Assembly: GCA_035473995.1 (NCBI GenBank)
Contig: DATINR010000132.1
Span: 9,737 to 73,736 of the forward strand
Direction of reading: 5' to 3'
DNA length: 64,000 nucleotides
Origin: Solirubrobacteraceae bacterium
GTDB taxonomy: Bacteria; Actinomycetota; Thermoleophilia; Solirubrobacterales; Solirubrobacteraceae
Shown here: positions 53,869 through 64,000 of the stretch, piece after piece
Numbering within the stretch: the first letter of the stretch is position 1
Layout of the letters: each line of letters opens with the position of its first letter
Position numbers and translations under genes: made by a program
Notes under the pieces: model-generated
What the model was told of the DNA's origin: nothing
The model's database searches: none
What the model saw: the letters and a program-made list of their open reading frames with translations, nothing else

Positions 53869-55038
53869 ATGCCCGTGGCGAGCCCGTCCGCACCGAGGCC
53901 CTCGCTCGGCGAGATCGCACGCGAGTGGAGCCGCATCGGCTGCATCGGCTTCGGCGGCCCCCCGGCCCACATCGCGCTGTTGCGCACGCTGGCCGTCGAG
54001 CGAAAGCGCTGGCTGAGCGAGACGCAGTTCGAGCGCGCGATCGCGGCGACCAACCTGCTCCCCGGACCAGCCTCGACGCAGCTGGCGATCTACTGCGCCT
54101 GGCGGCTGCGCGGAGGCGCCGGGGCGCTCGTCGGCGGGGCCTGCTTCATCGTGCCCGGGCTGATCGTGATCCTCGCGCTGTCCGTGCTGTTCCTCGCCGG
54201 CTCTCCTCCGGCGTGGGTGCGCGGCGCCGGGCTCGGCGCCGGATCCGCAATCGCAGCCGTCGCCGTGCGCGTCGGCGGCGACGTGGCGCTGCCGATCTGG
54301 CGCCGGGCCCCCGGACGCGCTACGCACGTACGCATCGCCGCCTATGCGCTCGCCGGCGGAGCGGCAGCCGCGAGCGCCGGGCCGTGGCTCGTGCTCGTGC
54401 TGCTCGCTTGCGGCGCGCTCGAGCTGATCTGGCGCGGCCTGATCCGCGATGCGCGCGCCGCCTTGTTCCAGTGGCCGCTGCTCACCGCGATCACGGCGTC
54501 GGGCGACTTGGGCGCGCTTGCCTGGACCGCCTTCAAGGTTGGCGCGCTGGCCTTCGGCGGCGGCTTCGTGATCGTCCCGTTGATGGAAGCCGACGCCGTC
54601 GGCCATCACCACTGGATGACCCACGCGCAGTTCCTCAACGCCGTGGCGCTCGGGCAGATCACACCCGGTCCGGTGACCCAGACCGTCGCTGCCGTCGGCT
54701 ATGCGGCCGGCGGGCTCGGTGCCGGCCTGCTCGCCGCGCTGGTCGCCTTCGCGCCGTCGTTCTGCTTCATCCTGATCGGCGCCCAGCGCTTCGAGCGGCT
54801 GCTGCTCGACGAGCGGGTGATCGCCTTCCTCGCCGGCGCCGCCCCGGCGGCGGCCGGCGCGATCATCGGCGCGGCGATACCGCTCGCCGGCGCGCTTGGC
54901 GAGGACTGGCAGTACCCGCTGCTCGGCGCCGCCGCCCTGGCGCTGATCGTCCTTCGCCGCGGCGTCGTGACGACGCTGCTCATCGCCGGCCTGGTCGGGA
55001 CGCTCGCGGCACTGCTCGGCGCCCCCCTCCCCCATTGA
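53869..55038 (+). CDS. chrA: Chromate efflux transporter (long-chain CHR)
   Basis: FGGPPAHIA, LPGPASTQ, FGGGFV, TPGP; TACGCT-N6-ATG. Confidence 0.92.
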   Translation: MPVASPSAPRPSLGEIAREWSRIGCIGFGGPPAHIALLRTLAVERKRWLSETQFERAIAATNLLPGPASTQLAIYCAWRLRGGAGALVGGACFIVPGLIVILALSVLFLAGSPPAWVRGAGLGAGSAIAAVAVRVGGDVALPIWRRAPGRATHVRIAAYALAGGAAAASAGPWLVLVLLACGALELIWRGLIRDARAALFQWPLLTAITASGDLGALAWTAFKVGALAFGGGFVIVPLMEADAVGHHHWMTHAQFLNAVALGQITPGPVTQTVAAVGYAAGGLGAGLLAALVAFAPSFCFILIGAQRFERLLLDERVIAFLAGAAPAAAGAIIGAAIPLAGALGEDWQYPLLGAAALALIVLRRGVVTTLLIAGLVGTLAALLGAPLPH

Positions 55039-55090
55039 CGGCGTCGCGCCGAGCCCTGGATCCGATCTCAATCCAGCGATAATCGCGCCC

Positions 55091-56995
55091 ATGGCGAGCG
55101 CCGAAGCAAGCAGCAGCTCCTACAACGGCCGCACCGCCTGGGCGCGCAACCTCGCAGCGCCGGTGCGCGACTTCCTCAGCACCGAGACGGGCAGCGCGAT
55201 CTTCCTGCTCGCCGCGACGTGCGCGGCGCTCGTCTGGTCGAACGTGCCCGGCGCGCACTACGAGTCGGTCTGGACGACGAAGCTCTCGATCGAGCTCGGC
55301 GGCAGCGGCGTCTCGACCGACCTGCGCCATTGGGTCAACGAGGGCCTGATGACGTTCTTCTTCCTCGTCGTCGGGCTCGAGGCCAAGCGCGAGTTCGACG
55401 TCGGCGACATGCGCGAACGGCGCCGCCTGGCCGTTCCGGTGCTCGCGGCGCTCGGCGGCATGGCCGTGCCGATCGCGATCTTCCTGGCGATCAACGCCGG
55501 CGGGCCGGGCGCGCACGGATGGGGCGCCGCGATGTCGACCGACACCGCGTTCGCGCTCGGCGCGCTCGCGCTGCTCACGCCGCGCGCGGCCACGCGCCTG
55601 CGTGTGTTCCTGCTGACGCTCGCCGTCGTCGACGACCTCGGCGCGCTCGTCGTGATCGCCACGGCCTACACCAAACACGTCTCGATGACGGCGCTGCTCG
55701 TCGCGATCGGGCTGTTCGCGGCGCTGCTCGCGCTGCGCTTCGCGCCCGCGTGGCGCAGACAGCTGGCGGTGCTGATCGGCATCGCGCTGTGGGTGGCGAT
55801 GTTCAAGTCGGGCATCGACCCCGTGATCGCCGGTCTCGCCGCGGGTCTCGTCACGAGCGCCTACCCCCCGTCGCGCGAAGATCTCGAGCGTGCGACCGAG
55901 CTAACGCGCTCCTTCCGCGAGCAGCCGACGCCCGAACTGGCCCGCTCCGCGCAGCTCGGCGTGCTCTCGGCGATCTCGCTCAACGAGCGCCTGCAGTACG
56001 AGCTCCACCCGTGGACGAGCTACGTCGTCGTGCCGCTGTTCGCGCTCGCCAACGCCGGCATCCATGTGACGGGCTCGTTGCTGAGCAACGCCGTCAGCTC
56101 TCCGATCACGCTCGGAATCGTGATCGGCTACGTCGTCGGCAAGCCCGTCGGCATCGTCGGCGCGTCGTGGATCGCCTCGCGCCCGGCGTTGCGGGGGCCC
56201 AGGCCGCCGATCAGCTGGCCGCTGATCTTCGGCGGCGGCGCCGTCGCCGGGATCGGCTTCACCGTCTCGCTGCTGATCTCCGGGCTCGCTTTCACGGGCG
56301 AGCGCCTGGACGAGGCGAAGCTTGGCGTGCTCGGCTCGGCGATCCTTGCGCCACTCGTCGCCTGGGCGATCCTGTCATTCGTAAAACGCCTGCCGAGCAG
56401 CGTGCGCGCGCGCCAGATCAGCGCCACCGCCGAGGATCTGATCGACCTCGCCGTGGACGTCGACCCCGAGCGCGACCACATCCGCGGTCCCGAAGACGCG
56501 CCGGTCACGCTCGTCGAGTACGGCGACTTCGAGTGCCCTTACTGCGGGCAGGCCGAGCCGATCGTGCGCGAGCTGCTCGCCTCCTCCGAAGACGACGTGC
56601 GCTACGTATGGCGCCACCTGCCGCTGAGCGACGTGCACTCGAGCGCCCAGCTCGCCTCCGAGGCCTCGGAGGCCGCAGCCGCGCAGGGCGCCTTCTGGGA
56701 GATATACGACGCCTTCCTCGGCCACCAGGATGCGCTCACGCCGCAGGACATCAGCCGCGTGGCACACGAGCTGAAGCTCGATGTCGAGCGCCTGTGGGCC
56801 GAGGTTCGCCGTCACGAGTACGCGTCACGGGTGGCCGAGGACGTAGCCAGCGCCGACGCCAGCGGTGTGTCGGGCACGCCCACGTTCTTCATCAACGGCC
56901 GCCGCCACTACGGCGCTTATGACATCGGCACACTGAAGGCCGCCGTGCGCGCGGCGCGCAACCGCACGCGGCTGACGACCGCAGACACGGGGTAG
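55091..56995 (+). CDS. nhaA: Na+/H+ antiporter NhaA fused to a DsbA/thioredoxin-like domain
   Basis: WVNEGLMTFFF, AMSTDTAFA, LAVVDDL, GIGFTVS; EYGDFECPYC, GTPTFFING. Confidence 0.92.
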   Translation: MASAEASSSSYNGRTAWARNLAAPVRDFLSTETGSAIFLLAATCAALVWSNVPGAHYESVWTTKLSIELGGSGVSTDLRHWVNEGLMTFFFLVVGLEAKREFDVGDMRERRRLAVPVLAALGGMAVPIAIFLAINAGGPGAHGWGAAMSTDTAFALGALALLTPRAATRLRVFLLTLAVVDDLGALVVIATAYTKHVSMTALLVAIGLFAALLALRFAPAWRRQLAVLIGIALWVAMFKSGIDPVIAGLAAGLVTSAYPPSREDLERATELTRSFREQPTPELARSAQLGVLSAISLNERLQYELHPWTSYVVVPLFALANAGIHVTGSLLSNAVSSPITLGIVIGYVVGKPVGIVGASWIASRPALRGPRPPISWPLIFGGGAVAGIGFTVSLLISGLAFTGERLDEAKLGVLGSAILAPLVAWAILSFVKRLPSSVRARQISATAEDLIDLAVDVDPERDHIRGPEDAPVTLVEYGDFECPYCGQAEPIVRELLASSEDDVRYVWRHLPLSDVHSSAQLASEASEAAAAQGAFWEIYDAFLGHQDALTPQDISRVAHELKLDVERLWAEVRRHEYASRVAEDVASADASGVSGTPTFFINGRRHYGAYDIGTLKAAVRAARNRTRLTTADTG

Positions 56996-57064
56996 GCCAC
57001 CCGCGCGGGCGATCGAATCGGTCTCAGCCGCCCTCGCACACCCGTCGGGTCCGCAGGCCTGGAC

Positions 57065-57089
57065 TTCAGTGCCCGGCCGCGCTGCCGAA
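57065..57089 (+). promoter_or_regulatory. Putative sigma28/WhiG-type promoter (TTCA-N15-GCCGAA)
   Basis: Ends 8 nt before the GGDEF-EAL ATG, as at 9790-9816. Confidence 0.45.
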
Positions 57090-57097
57090 GCACCCCC

Positions 57098-59137
57098 ATG
57101 GCGCTCCTGCGCGCATTCCGCCGGCTGGCCGAACGGCTCACCCTCACCCAGCGCGTCGCTCTGACGAGCCTCGTGCCGATGGTCGTGCTCGGCTTCGTCC
57201 TGACGAGCGTGCTCGAGCAGCAGGTCGAGACGCACAGCGTCGCCGATGCCGGGCAGTCGGCGCGGCTGATCGCGAGCATCGGCATCCAGCCGCGGCTCAC
57301 GCCGAGCGAGGTGCGCAACGGGCTGACCGCGCAGCAGATCGAGGGGCTCGACAACCAGCTGCGCGCGCGCTCGGCGACCGAGAACCTCGCCCGCATCAAG
57401 ATCTGGAACGCGGCGCACACGATCGTCTACTCCGACGATCACAGCCTGATCGGCAGGACCTTCCACGACGTCGAGGATCTCGAATCGGCGCTCGCCGGAC
57501 ACACCTCCAAGGGCGAGGTCGTCAGGCCGGCCGCCAACACCGAGACCGCCGGCGAGGTCGGGCTCGGAGAACTCGTCGAGTCATACGTGCCGTTGCGCTT
57601 CTCCGCCAAGGGCCCGCCCGCGGGCGCGTTCGAGATCTACCTGAGCTACAAGCCGATCGCCGCGGCGATCGCGCACGACAAGCGCATCATCGTGCTCGTC
57701 GTGGCGGTCGGGCTGGCACTGCTGTGGGCGGTGCTGTTCCGGATCGTCGCCACCGCCTCCAAGCGCCTGCGCCGCCAGGCGCACGAAAACGACGTGCTCG
57801 CGCGCTATGACCCGCTCACCGGCCTGCCCAACCGCACCCTGTTCCGCGAACGCGTCGAGCAGGAGCTGCGCAGTGCCGGCTCACGCCGCCGCGACGTCGC
57901 CGTGCTCTTGATCGACCTCGACGGCTTCGCCGAGATCAACAACACGCTCGGCAGCTCGACGGGCGACGAGGTGCTGCGCGAGGCCGGGCGGCGCTTTCAG
58001 GCGCAGCTCGGCGACGACGCGCTGGTCGCGCGAATCGGCGGCGACGAGTACGCGATCCTCTGCCCGCACGCCGAGGGCGTGTCCGGGGCCCTGCGCACGA
58101 CGAGCAGCCTCCAGGCCGGCATGGTCGCGCCGATCGTCGTCGACGACCTCGCGCTGAACGTCGAGGCCAGCATCGGGCTGGCCGTCGCCGCGGCGGGCGG
58201 TGAGAAGCTCGACGAGCTGCTGCAGCACGCGGACGCCGCGCTCGCGCATGCACGCTCGCGCCACACCCGCGTCGAGGTCTACTCGGCCGAGCTGGAACGC
58301 TTCGACCCGGCGCGGTTGAAGCTGCTCGGCCAGGTTCGCCAGGCGCTCGAGCGCGGCGAGTTCGAGCTGCACTATCAGCCCAAGGTCAGGCTCGCCGACC
58401 GGCGCGTGTGCGGCGTCGAGGCGCTGCTGCGCTGGCGACACCCCGAGCACGGGCTGCTGATGCCCGCCGCCTTCATCTCGCTGGTCGAGCAGACGGCGCT
58501 GATCGGGCCGCTCACGCTGCAGACGATCGACACGGCGCTCGCGCAGATGGTCCGCTGGCGCAGGGCCGGGATCGACCTCGAGGTTGCCGTGAACCTCTCG
58601 GCGCGAAACCTGCTGGATCCCGACCTGCCCGGCCAGGTGGCCGCCGCGCTGCACCGACACGAGATCCCCGCCGAGCGCCTCACGCTCGAGGTGACCGAGA
58701 GCGCGACGATGATCGACCCGGCTCGCGCCCGCGAGGTGCTCTGCTCGCTGCGCGACAGCGGCGTGTCGATCTCGATCGACGACTTCGGCGCGGGCAACGC
58801 GTCGATCGGCTACCTCTCGAGCCTCCCGGCCGACGAGCTGAAGGTCGACCGCTCGCTCGCGAGCGGCGTCTGCGAGGACGAGCACACCGCGTCGATCGTC
58901 GGTTCGATCGTCGACCTCGCCAAACACCTCGGCCTGCGCGTCGTGGCCGAGGGGATCGAGACCGACGAGGTGATCGAACGCCTCACCGAGCTCGGCTGCG
59001 AGGTCGGCCAGGGCTACCTGATCGCGCGCCCGCTGAAAGAGCAGCAACTACGTGACTGGCTCGGCTCCGCTCGGTCCTCCGCAGCGCCGCCGTCTAGCCC
59101 CGCCGGTTCACGCGGGCGCGTCGCCACCGCGCGCTGA
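57098..59137 (+). CDS. Membrane GGDEF-EAL protein (c-di-GMP phosphodiesterase/cyclase)
   Basis: Two TM with periplasmic-type domain, [34 protein letters not shown]. Confidence 0.93.
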   Translation: MALLRAFRRLAERLTLTQRVALTSLVPMVVLGFVLTSVLEQQVETHSVADAGQSARLIASIGIQPRLTPSEVRNGLTAQQIEGLDNQLRARSATENLARIKIWNAAHTIVYSDDHSLIGRTFHDVEDLESALAGHTSKGEVVRPAANTETAGEVGLGELVESYVPLRFSAKGPPAGAFEIYLSYKPIAAAIAHDKRIIVLVVAVGLALLWAVLFRIVATASKRLRRQAHENDVLARYDPLTGLPNRTLFRERVEQELRSAGSRRRDVAVLLIDLDGFAEINNTLGSSTGDEVLREAGRRFQAQLGDDALVARIGGDEYAILCPHAEGVSGALRTTSSLQAGMVAPIVVDDLALNVEASIGLAVAAAGGEKLDELLQHADAALAHARSRHTRVEVYSAELERFDPARLKLLGQVRQALERGEFELHYQPKVRLADRRVCGVEALLRWRHPEHGLLMPAAFISLVEQTALIGPLTLQTIDTALAQMVRWRRAGIDLEVAVNLSARNLLDPDLPGQVAAALHRHEIPAERLTLEVTESATMIDPARAREVLCSLRDSGVSISIDDFGAGNASIGYLSSLPADELKVDRSLASGVCEDEHTASIVGSIVDLAKHLGLRVVAEGIETDEVIERLTELGCEVGQGYLIARPLKEQQLRDWLGSARSSAAPPSSPAGSRGRVATAR

Positions 59138-59881
59138 CCGGGGCCGCAGGCCGGCCAGCTCGCGCGCACGGACGAGCACGGCGTCGATCATCGGCTCGGT
59201 CAGCTTGCCCGTGAACGTGTTCTGCTGGCTCGGGTGAAAGCAGCCGAGCAGCGTGTATCCACCGGCTGGGGCCTCGGCGCCGTGGCCGAAGCGCGGCTTC
59301 GGGCGCAGCGGCTGCGGTAGCGCGCCGCTCGCCACGAGCAGGCGCAGCGCCGCATCCCACGCGAACGCGCCGAGGCACAGCAGCACGCGCACGTCGCCGA
59401 GCAGCTCCAGTTCGCGCGCCGTCCAGGGCAGGCACCGCTCGCGCTCCTCGGGCGTCGGCTTGTTCGCCGGCGGCGCGCAGCGCACGGCTGCCGTGATGCG
59501 CAGGTCGCCCAAGCGCAGGCCATCTCCCCGCGCCAGCGCCGTCGGCTGGTTCGCGAAGCCCGCGCGGTGCAGCGCCGCGTAGAGGAAGTCGCCCGAGCGA
59601 TCGCCCGTGAACATCCGTCCGGTGCGGTTGGCGCCGTGCGCCGCCGGCGCGAGGCCGACGACGAGCACGCGCGCTCGCGGGTCGCCGAAGGCCGGCACCG
59701 GGCGCCCCCAGTAGCTCTCCTGCGCGTACGCCGCCCGGCGCTCGCGCGCGACCTGCTCGCGCCAGCTCACCAGGCGCGGGCAGCGGCGGCATTCGGACAC
59801 AGCCTGCGACAGCGAGTCGAGCTCGCCGGTCCCGCCCACCGTCGCGGTTCGGGTCTTCCCGGCGCGCGCCTCCGCAGTCAC
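59108..59881 (-). CDS. Uracil-DNA glycosylase, family 5 (UdgB-like, 4Fe-4S)
   Basis: [44 protein letters not shown]; start uncertain. Confidence 0.9.
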   Translation of the reverse strand: MTAEARAGKTRTATVGGTGELDSLSQAVSECRRCPRLVSWREQVARERRAAYAQESYWGRPVPAFGDPRARVLVVGLAPAAHGANRTGRMFTGDRSGDFLYAALHRAGFANQPTALARGDGLRLGDLRITAAVRCAPPANKPTPEERERCLPWTARELELLGDVRVLLCLGAFAWDAALRLLVASGALPQPLRPKPRFGHGAEAPAGGYTLLGCFHPSQQNTFTGKLTEPMIDAVLVRARELAGLRPRSARGGDAPA

Positions 59882-59908
59882 CAGGGCAGTAGTAGCATCG
59901 TTCAGACC

Positions 59909-60220
59909 ATGCCGCTGTGGACGCTGATCGTGATGCTCGCGCTGATCAAGCTTCCGATCGCCGCGATGATGCTGTGGATCCCGTTCCGCAACGACGCCGC
60001 GATGAACAGCAGCGACCCGCCCGACCGCAGCGACGACGACGGTGGCTCGCGCGCGCTGCCGGCAGGCCCGCTGGATCCACGCCCGCGCCGCCCGCTGCCC
60101 GGCGGACCGTTTCCGCGGCGCCCGCGCAGGGGTCCGCACGCATCTCCTGCACCCCCCTCCCCGCGCCGCGTGCGGGGCGTCGCCTCGCGCGAGCGCCGCC
60201 GCGTGCGGGTCTCTCACTGA
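59909..60220 (+). CDS. Small membrane-anchored Pro/Arg-rich hypothetical protein
   Basis: N-terminal hydrophobic helix, low-complexity tail. Confidence 0.45.
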   Translation: MPLWTLIVMLALIKLPIAAMMLWIPFRNDAAMNSSDPPDRSDDDGGSRALPAGPLDPRPRRPLPGGPFPRRPRRGPHASPAPPSPRRVRGVASRERRRVRVSH

Positions 60221-60245
60221 GCGGGCGCGACCAACTGCGCCGCGA

Positions 60246-60755
60246 CTAGCGGTTTCGTTTGCGCTGCTGGCGCGCCGCCTTGGCTTTGGCGCGCCGCTTG
60301 CGCAGCGTCGCCGCCGAGTCGTGCGCCGAGCGGGCTTCGGCCACCTGCGGGTCGCCGGCCGGCGCCATCCTGCGCGCGTCGCGCACGATCACGTAGGCGA
60401 TCGCCACGAGCAGCGCGACGGCCACGGCGATGATGATCAGCACCGTTTTCTTCGAGTTCGACGTCGAGGCCGTCGTCGTGCCGGTCGTTTCCGTCGCCGT
60501 CGTCGTCGGCGTCGTTTCCTGCTGTGCGCCCTGGCTCAGTTCGCTGAACGCGCTGCCGTTGGAGCCTTCGGGAGTCACCGGGGTCGTCCCGGTCGTGCTC
60601 GTCGTGCCCGTGGGCGTGATCTTCGTCGTGGTCGTGGCGAGAACCACCGACGTCGCCGGGCTGAGCAGCGCGAGCGCGAGCACCGCGATCGCACACAGGC
60701 AGCGCGCGCTCGTGCGCCCGCCCGCGCGCGACGCCTTTTCCGCTCCAGCCCTCAT
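60246..60755 (-). CDS. Hypothetical exported membrane protein
   Basis: Signal peptide, Thr-rich linker, C-terminal TM and basic tail. Confidence 0.6.
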   Translation of the reverse strand: MRAGAEKASRAGGRTSARCLCAIAVLALALLSPATSVVLATTTTKITPTGTTSTTGTTPVTPEGSNGSAFSELSQGAQQETTPTTTATETTGTTTASTSNSKKTVLIIIAVAVALLVAIAYVIVRDARRMAPAGDPQVAEARSAHDSAATLRKRRAKAKAARQQRKRNR

Positions 60756-60877
60756 GCGCCGAGCATACCGGCCAGGATCGGCTTCGCAACCGCGCGCGCA
60801 ACCGGCGAGCGGCGGGCGCCGAGCTTCGGCGGCGCCAGGCCCGGCGCGGCGTCCCGGCAAACCGTAGAATGACCGCC

Positions 60878-61480
60878 GTGGCTCCCAAACAACGGCAGAT
60901 ACGGATGGAGCAGCGCGGCGGCCTCGAGGCGATCCAGGCGCTCGAGACGCGCTCCGACGAGGAGCTCGAAGCCGAGACCAAATACAAGTCGGCGGCATTC
61001 GCGATCCTCGGCGCGCGCGCCGCCGAGCGCTTCGACGCCGAGCAGGCGCGCAGCTACTTCCAGCGGGCGATCGCCGCGGCCCGCCCGCAGGAGCGGATGC
61101 AGCTGCGGCGCATGGCCGACGCCTCGCTGGCGCTCGCCGAACGGCGCGCCGGAGATCTCAAGAGCGCCGTCGAGCGCCTCGGCCAGGCGCCCCCCTCCGG
61201 CCGCCAGATGCTCGCGCTGCGCGCGATGGGCCTGCTGATCCCGCCCGCCTCTGCCGGCATCCTCGCCCGCATCCGCGGAATTCTCTTGATCCTTCTGCTG
61301 ATCGTCGTGCTGCTCGCGATCGGCCTCGGCATCGTCGAGCTCGTCTCGCTGCCGTTCGGCGGGCTCGGCATCGCACCGGGCATCCTGCTCGGCCTGTTCG
61401 TCGTGATCGCCGCGCTCGGCATCGCCGCGGCGATCGGGCGCCGCCGGCGCGACCGCGCCAAGGCCGCAGCCGCGGGCTGA
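60878..61480 (+). CDS. Hypothetical protein, helical (TPR-like) N-terminus and two TM
   Basis: ARSYFQRAIAA helix pattern; TAGAAT-N7-GTG (ORF track start 60869). Confidence 0.65.
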   Translation: MAPKQRQIRMEQRGGLEAIQALETRSDEELEAETKYKSAAFAILGARAAERFDAEQARSYFQRAIAAARPQERMQLRRMADASLALAERRAGDLKSAVERLGQAPPSGRQMLALRAMGLLIPPASAGILARIRGILLILLLIVVLLAIGLGIVELVSLPFGGLGIAPGILLGLFVVIAALGIAAAIGRRRRDRAKAAAAG

Positions 61481-61538
61481 TCGCCCGCGCGCCGCCCCCA
61501 CCGCCTCGGCGAGGGCCTCGCGCACTACGCTTGGCGCC

Positions 61539-62489
61539 GTGCCCGAGAGCGCTTCGATCTGCCTGCTCGTCAATCCCGCCGCCGGCGGCGGCAAGGCCGC
61601 GCGCCTGGCGCCGCAGGCCGAGCGCGCCCTACGCTCGCACGGGCTGACCGTGCGTCGCGTCGATACGCGCGATCTGCAGCACGCGCGCGAGCTGGCCGTG
61701 TCCGCCGCGCGCGCAGGCGAGCGCGTCGTCGTGCTCAGCGGCGACGGTGCGATCGGCGTCGTCGCGGAGGCACTGCGCGACGTGCCCGGCGCGGTGCTCG
61801 GCGTGCTCCCGGGCGGGCGCGGCAACGATCTGGCGCGCGCACTAGGCGTCTCGCAGGAGATCGATCAGGCGTGCGCGACGATCGCCGGCGGCGTCGTGCG
61901 CCCGATGGACGTCGGCGAGGTGCTCGGCGCCGGCGGTGAGCCGGCGCGCAGCTTCGTCGGCATCGCCTCGGCCGGCTTCGACAGCGACGCGAACCGGATC
62001 GCCAACGAAGCGCCGTCCTGGCTCGGAAACCTCGTCTACGCCTACGGCGCTCTGCGCGCGCTGCTCGCCTGGCGTCCGGCGAGCATCGAGATCGAGCTCG
62101 ACCCGCCGGGCGAGCGCCGCAGCTTCCTCGCCTACACCGTCGGCGCATGCAACTCGCGCTCCTACGGCGGCGGCATGCGTGCCGCCCCCGACGCGCTGCT
62201 CGACGACGGGCTGCTCGAGGTGATCGTGCTCGAGAACGTGAGCAAGCTCGCCTTCCTGACGAAGATCCTGCCGCGCGTGTTCAGCGGCGAGCACGTGCGC
62301 GAGCCGTGCGTGCACATGTTCCGTGCGCGCGAGGTATCGATCGAGGCGGATCGCCCGTTCACGATGTACGCCGACGGCGACCCGATCGGCGAGCTGCCGC
62401 TGCGCGTGCGCGCGGTGCCCGCAGCGGTCAACGTGATCGTCCCGGCCGGCGCCACGACGGACTACGCCTTCGCCGGCCCCACGCGCTGA
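61539..62489 (+). CDS. Diacylglycerol-kinase-family lipid kinase (YegS/Rv2252-like)
   Basis: LVNPAAGGG, SGDG, GRGNDLA, SYGGGM, ADGDP. Confidence 0.88.
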   Translation: MPESASICLLVNPAAGGGKAARLAPQAERALRSHGLTVRRVDTRDLQHARELAVSAARAGERVVVLSGDGAIGVVAEALRDVPGAVLGVLPGGRGNDLARALGVSQEIDQACATIAGGVVRPMDVGEVLGAGGEPARSFVGIASAGFDSDANRIANEAPSWLGNLVYAYGALRALLAWRPASIEIELDPPGERRSFLAYTVGACNSRSYGGGMRAAPDALLDDGLLEVIVLENVSKLAFLTKILPRVFSGEHVREPCVHMFRAREVSIEADRPFTMYADGDPIGELPLRVRAVPAAVNVIVPAGATTDYAFAGPTR

Positions 62490-63901
62490 TGTCCGGCACG
62501 CTCGCGCCGAAGCTCGCCCTCGCGCGCGCCGTGGCCGCGCTTTCGCGGATGCGCGGGGGCGGCGCCACGAGCGCCCCCGGCAAGGTGCTGCTGGCGCTCG
62601 ACCGCGACGCGATCGCATCGCTCGGCGCGCGGCTGCCCGACGGCAGCGTGCTCGTCTCGGCGACCAACGGCAAGACAACGACCGCGGCGCTCGCGGCGAG
62701 CGTGTTCGAGCAGGCCGGGATCGAGCTCGTGCACAACGCCGAGGGCGCCAACATGGCGGGCGGCATCGCCACGGCGCTGCTCACGGCGGCGCGCCCGCGC
62801 GAGGGCATCGCCGGCGAGCTCGGCCTGTTCGAGGTGGACGAGCTGTGGCTCGACGCCGTCGCCGCCCAGCTTCGCCCGCGCGCGATCCTGCTGGGCAACC
62901 TGTTCCGCGACCAGCTCGACCGCTACGGCGAGCTGGAGACGATCGCCGAGCGCTGGGACACCGAGCTGCAGAGCGAACGGCTCGTGCTCAACGCCGACGA
63001 CCCGCTGATCGCCGACCTCGGCCGCGAGCGCCCGGGGACGCTGTACTTCGGCGTCGAGGACGATTCGCTCGCGCTGGCCGGGATGGCGCACGCGGCCGAC
63101 GCCAAGCACTGCCGCCGCTGCGGCGCGCCGTACATCTTCGACGCGATCTATCTCGGCCACCTCGGCCACTACCGCTGTCCGAGCTGCGGCCAGGAGCGCC
63201 CGCGGCCGCACGTGTGGGCGAGCGACGTCGTGCTCGAAGGCGTCCGCACGGCGTGCTTCACGCTGCACACGCCTGCCGGCGAGGCGCAGGTCGCGCTGGC
63301 GTTGCCGGGGCTCTACAACGTCTACAACGCGCTCGCGGCAGCCGCCCTGGCATGCGCGCTGGAGGTCCCGCTCGAGCACATCCTCGCCGGACTGCAGCAG
63401 ACACGCGCCGCGTTCGGGCGCGCCGAGACGATCGTGCTGAAGCCGGCATCCAACGGCGCCGGGCCGAACGCAGGCGGCGAAGCGCCGCGCGAGCTGCGCA
63501 TCCTGCTCGTGAAGAACCCGGCCGGCGCCAACGAGGTGCTGCGCACGCTCGCGCTCGAGCCGGGCGAGCACGACGTGCTGGGCGTGCTCAACGACAAGAT
63601 CGCCGACGGGCGCGACGTCTCGTGGATCTGGGATGCCGACTTCGAGCTGCTCGCGGGGCGCATCCGGCGCGTCACCTGCAGCGGCAGCCGCGCGCCCGAA
63701 CTGGCCGTGCGGATGAAGTACGCCGGGGTCGACCCCGCGCGGATCGCGATCGAGCCCGACCTGGGCGCCGCCCTGTCGCTGGCGGCGGCCGACCGCCCCG
63801 ACGCGCAGACGCCGCTCTACGCCTTGCCGACGTACACGGCGATGCTGTCGCTGCGCGAGCTGCTCGTCGCGCGCGGGGAGGCGAGCAGCTCGTGGGCGTG
63901 A
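62489..63901 (+). CDS. murT: Lipid II isoglutaminyl synthase subunit MurT (Mur ligase plus DUF1727)
   Basis: ATNGKTTT, EVDE, NLFRDQLDRYGE, CxxC...CxxC, DGRDVSWIWD; TGATG coupling with the kinase. Confidence 0.9.
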   Translation: MSGTLAPKLALARAVAALSRMRGGGATSAPGKVLLALDRDAIASLGARLPDGSVLVSATNGKTTTAALAASVFEQAGIELVHNAEGANMAGGIATALLTAARPREGIAGELGLFEVDELWLDAVAAQLRPRAILLGNLFRDQLDRYGELETIAERWDTELQSERLVLNADDPLIADLGRERPGTLYFGVEDDSLALAGMAHAADAKHCRRCGAPYIFDAIYLGHLGHYRCPSCGQERPRPHVWASDVVLEGVRTACFTLHTPAGEAQVALALPGLYNVYNALAAAALACALEVPLEHILAGLQQTRAAFGRAETIVLKPASNGAGPNAGGEAPRELRILLVKNPAGANEVLRTLALEPGEHDVLGVLNDKIADGRDVSWIWDADFELLAGRIRRVTCSGSRAPELAVRMKYAGVDPARIAIEPDLGAALSLAAADRPDAQTPLYALPTYTAMLSLRELLVARGEASSSWA

Positions 63902-64000
63902 GCGGCTCGAAGAGCGCCGGCGCGCACGGCGCTCCGTCGCGCGAGCGCGGCCGCGACGCGGCGCGCGCGGCCTCCCCCACGCCCGCCGAGGTCGTCTGGC
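63898..64000 (+). CDS. Possible 5' end of next gene (gatD expected by synteny), partial
   Basis: GTGA overlap with murT stop, frame open to window edge; identity is inference only. Confidence 0.3.
   Translation, partial: MSGSKSAGAHGAPSRERGRDAARAASPTPAEVVW

Noticed and set aside
53803-55092. 429-aa minus-strand ORF
   Set aside because: Antisense shadow of chrA
1-64000. CRISPR arrays, tRNA/rRNA genes, integrases, transposases, prophage genes
   Set aside because: No regularly spaced repeats, cloverleaf/rRNA signatures or DDE/tyrosine/serine recombinase motifs seen; short repeats are low-complexity coding linkers

Overview
Very high-GC chromosomal window. Gene content and style suggest an actinobacterium of the Thermoleophilia/Solirubrobacterales type (inference). 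It holds about 75 densely packed genes for lipid and acyl-CoA metabolism, NAD synthesis (nadE), DNA repair (dinB, ogt, ATL, family-5 UDG), cytochrome bd, metal/ion transport (two CDFs, ChrA, NhaA-DsbA), c-di-GMP turnover, Ser/Thr kinase-FHA signalling, a sigma-70-family factor and murT. I saw no rRNA, tRNA, CRISPR array, integrase or transposase. The most interesting signals are regulatory and read directly from intergenic DNA. (1) An rlpA-like lytic transglycosylase gene has a leader stacking a CRP-like box, a near-perfect actinobacterial LexA box and a c-di-AMP (ydaO-type) riboswitch. (2) A 27-bp ECF-sigma-like promoter recurs with identical spacing before three exported putative metal-binding proteins, in a CDF/ohr/cydAB neighbourhood. 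(3) Both c-di-GMP enzymes have sigma28/WhiG-like promoters. (4) A perfect TTGACA-N17-TATAAT promoter, overlapped by a palindrome, precedes the sigma factor gene. (5) Leaderless TANNNT-N6-8-start promoters are pervasive. Unusual proteins include a sigma4/anti-sigma fusion, a SIR2-like DUF4917 protein, a PPPDE-like protein with Ser in place of Cys, a CDF with three C-terminal domains, and an AT-rich, TTA-loaded secreted gene. Product calls come from motif recognition only; no database searches were run.
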